Source of the DNA: an uncultured virus (IMG/VR IMGVR_UViG_3300032087_004222)
Lineage: Duplodnaviria; Heunggongvirae; Uroviricota; Caudoviricetes
Direction: 5' to 3' (one strand)
Virus record (IMG/VR): IMGVR_UViG_3300032087_004222
Length of the DNA: 64,000 bases
This document shows, piece after piece, positions 63,475 to 64,000 of this stretch (position 1 is the first letter of the stretch; each line of letters begins with the position of its first letter). The notes under the pieces are model-generated. The model was given only the letters and a program-made list of their open reading frames with translations. It was not told the origin of the DNA and did not search any database. The translations under genes were made by a program, and so were the position numbers.

Positions 63475-64000
63475 ATGCCATCGACAGTGTACAAGGGAGA
63501 CTTGACCGAAGTCACATTCGGTCACGAGACGGGTGTGGTCCTTCCACATGGGTACGCTGGCTCGTTCAAGTTCATCGCCAAGGCAGCGAGCCGCGATCTC
63601 GTCAAGGACACTAGCGTCGTCACCTTCAGTGGTGGGGACTCCTCCACCCCCGTCAACAGTGGCCTACTCGCGTTCCCAGTCGGCATGCTCGTCGGCTCCA
63701 AGGTCGTGTTCAAGATCAAGAGCACCAGCCCCAACTTCAGCACGGATGACGACTACTCCGTCTCTGGTCGCACCTACACCATCATCAAGCATGCTGTCGC
63801 GACTGGTGTGACGGAACTGACCATCACACCTGCCTTGAGGACGGACCACTCCACCGCGAAGGAGTCGAAGACGAATGACGTCATGGAGATCCTACCCTTC
63901 TCAACACCATCGATGGACGTGTCGATGACCTACGACGCGACCGCTTCCAGCAGTGCAGAGCGAGTCCTGACGGACCAGTTCGTAGGCCTCGTCAACACGA
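63475..64000 (+). CDS. Major tail (tube) protein, truncated by window edge
   Basis: MPSTVYKGDLTEVTFGHETG...; open to the end of the window, so missing from the ORF track. Confidence 0.55.
   Translation, partial: MPSTVYKGDLTEVTFGHETGVVLPHGYAGSFKFIAKAASRDLVKDTSVVTFSGGDSSTPVNSGLLAFPVGMLVGSKVVFKIKSTSPNFSTDDDYSVSGRTYTIIKHAVATGVTELTITPALRTDHSTAKESKTNDVMEILPFSTPSMDVSMTYDATASSSAERVLTDQFVGLVNT

Noticed and set aside
1..64000. tRNA/rRNA genes, integrase, transposase, reverse transcriptase/DGR, stop-codon recoding
   Set aside because: None recognised by eye, and genes tile well with the standard code. tRNAscan-SE and HMM searches would be needed to exclude them formally.

Overview
This 64-kb window is part of a tailed archaeal virus genome (Caudoviricetes). 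The archaeal-type replication set, GGAGG/GAGGTGA ribosome-binding sites and TATA-like promoters best fit a 'magrovirus' of Marine Group II/Poseidoniales; that host assignment is inference. The window has two divergent arms that switch strand at about 29.8-30.3 kb. The minus-strand arm (1-29.8 kb) holds about 35 small early genes punctuated by eight exact copies of a 17-bp element (AATCATACTTAAAGGAG). These genes include ArdA, a SNF2 helicase, a dikinase-like phosphotransferase next to a PTP phosphatase, DUF932, a Myb-like protein and a pyrimidine-dimer glycosylase-like protein. Further along the minus strand come a split-TFB/PC4 cluster and the replication module (degenerate ligase, RFC, probable SSB, ATPase, PCNA, PolB, Cas4-like nuclease, primase). 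The plus-strand arm (30.3-64 kb) carries HMG-CoA lyase and a cluster of unrelated proteins that share a short (F/M)-(D/E)-x-A-(W/F)-x2-3-(L/I/V)-K tag, one of them an ADP-ribosyltransferase. It continues with a membrane-protein/small-GTPase operon, terminase, portal, a 1910-aa protein with a catalytically degenerate ligase domain, prohead protease/scaffold, major capsid protein and neck/tail genes. The strongest candidates for undescribed systems are: (1) the shared tag as a modular capsid-loading and protease-cleavage signal; (2) the viral Arf-like GTPase membrane module; (3) the dikinase/phosphatase pair; (4) split TFB plus the promoter-repeat regulon. All functional calls come from recognising motifs by eye; no searches were run.
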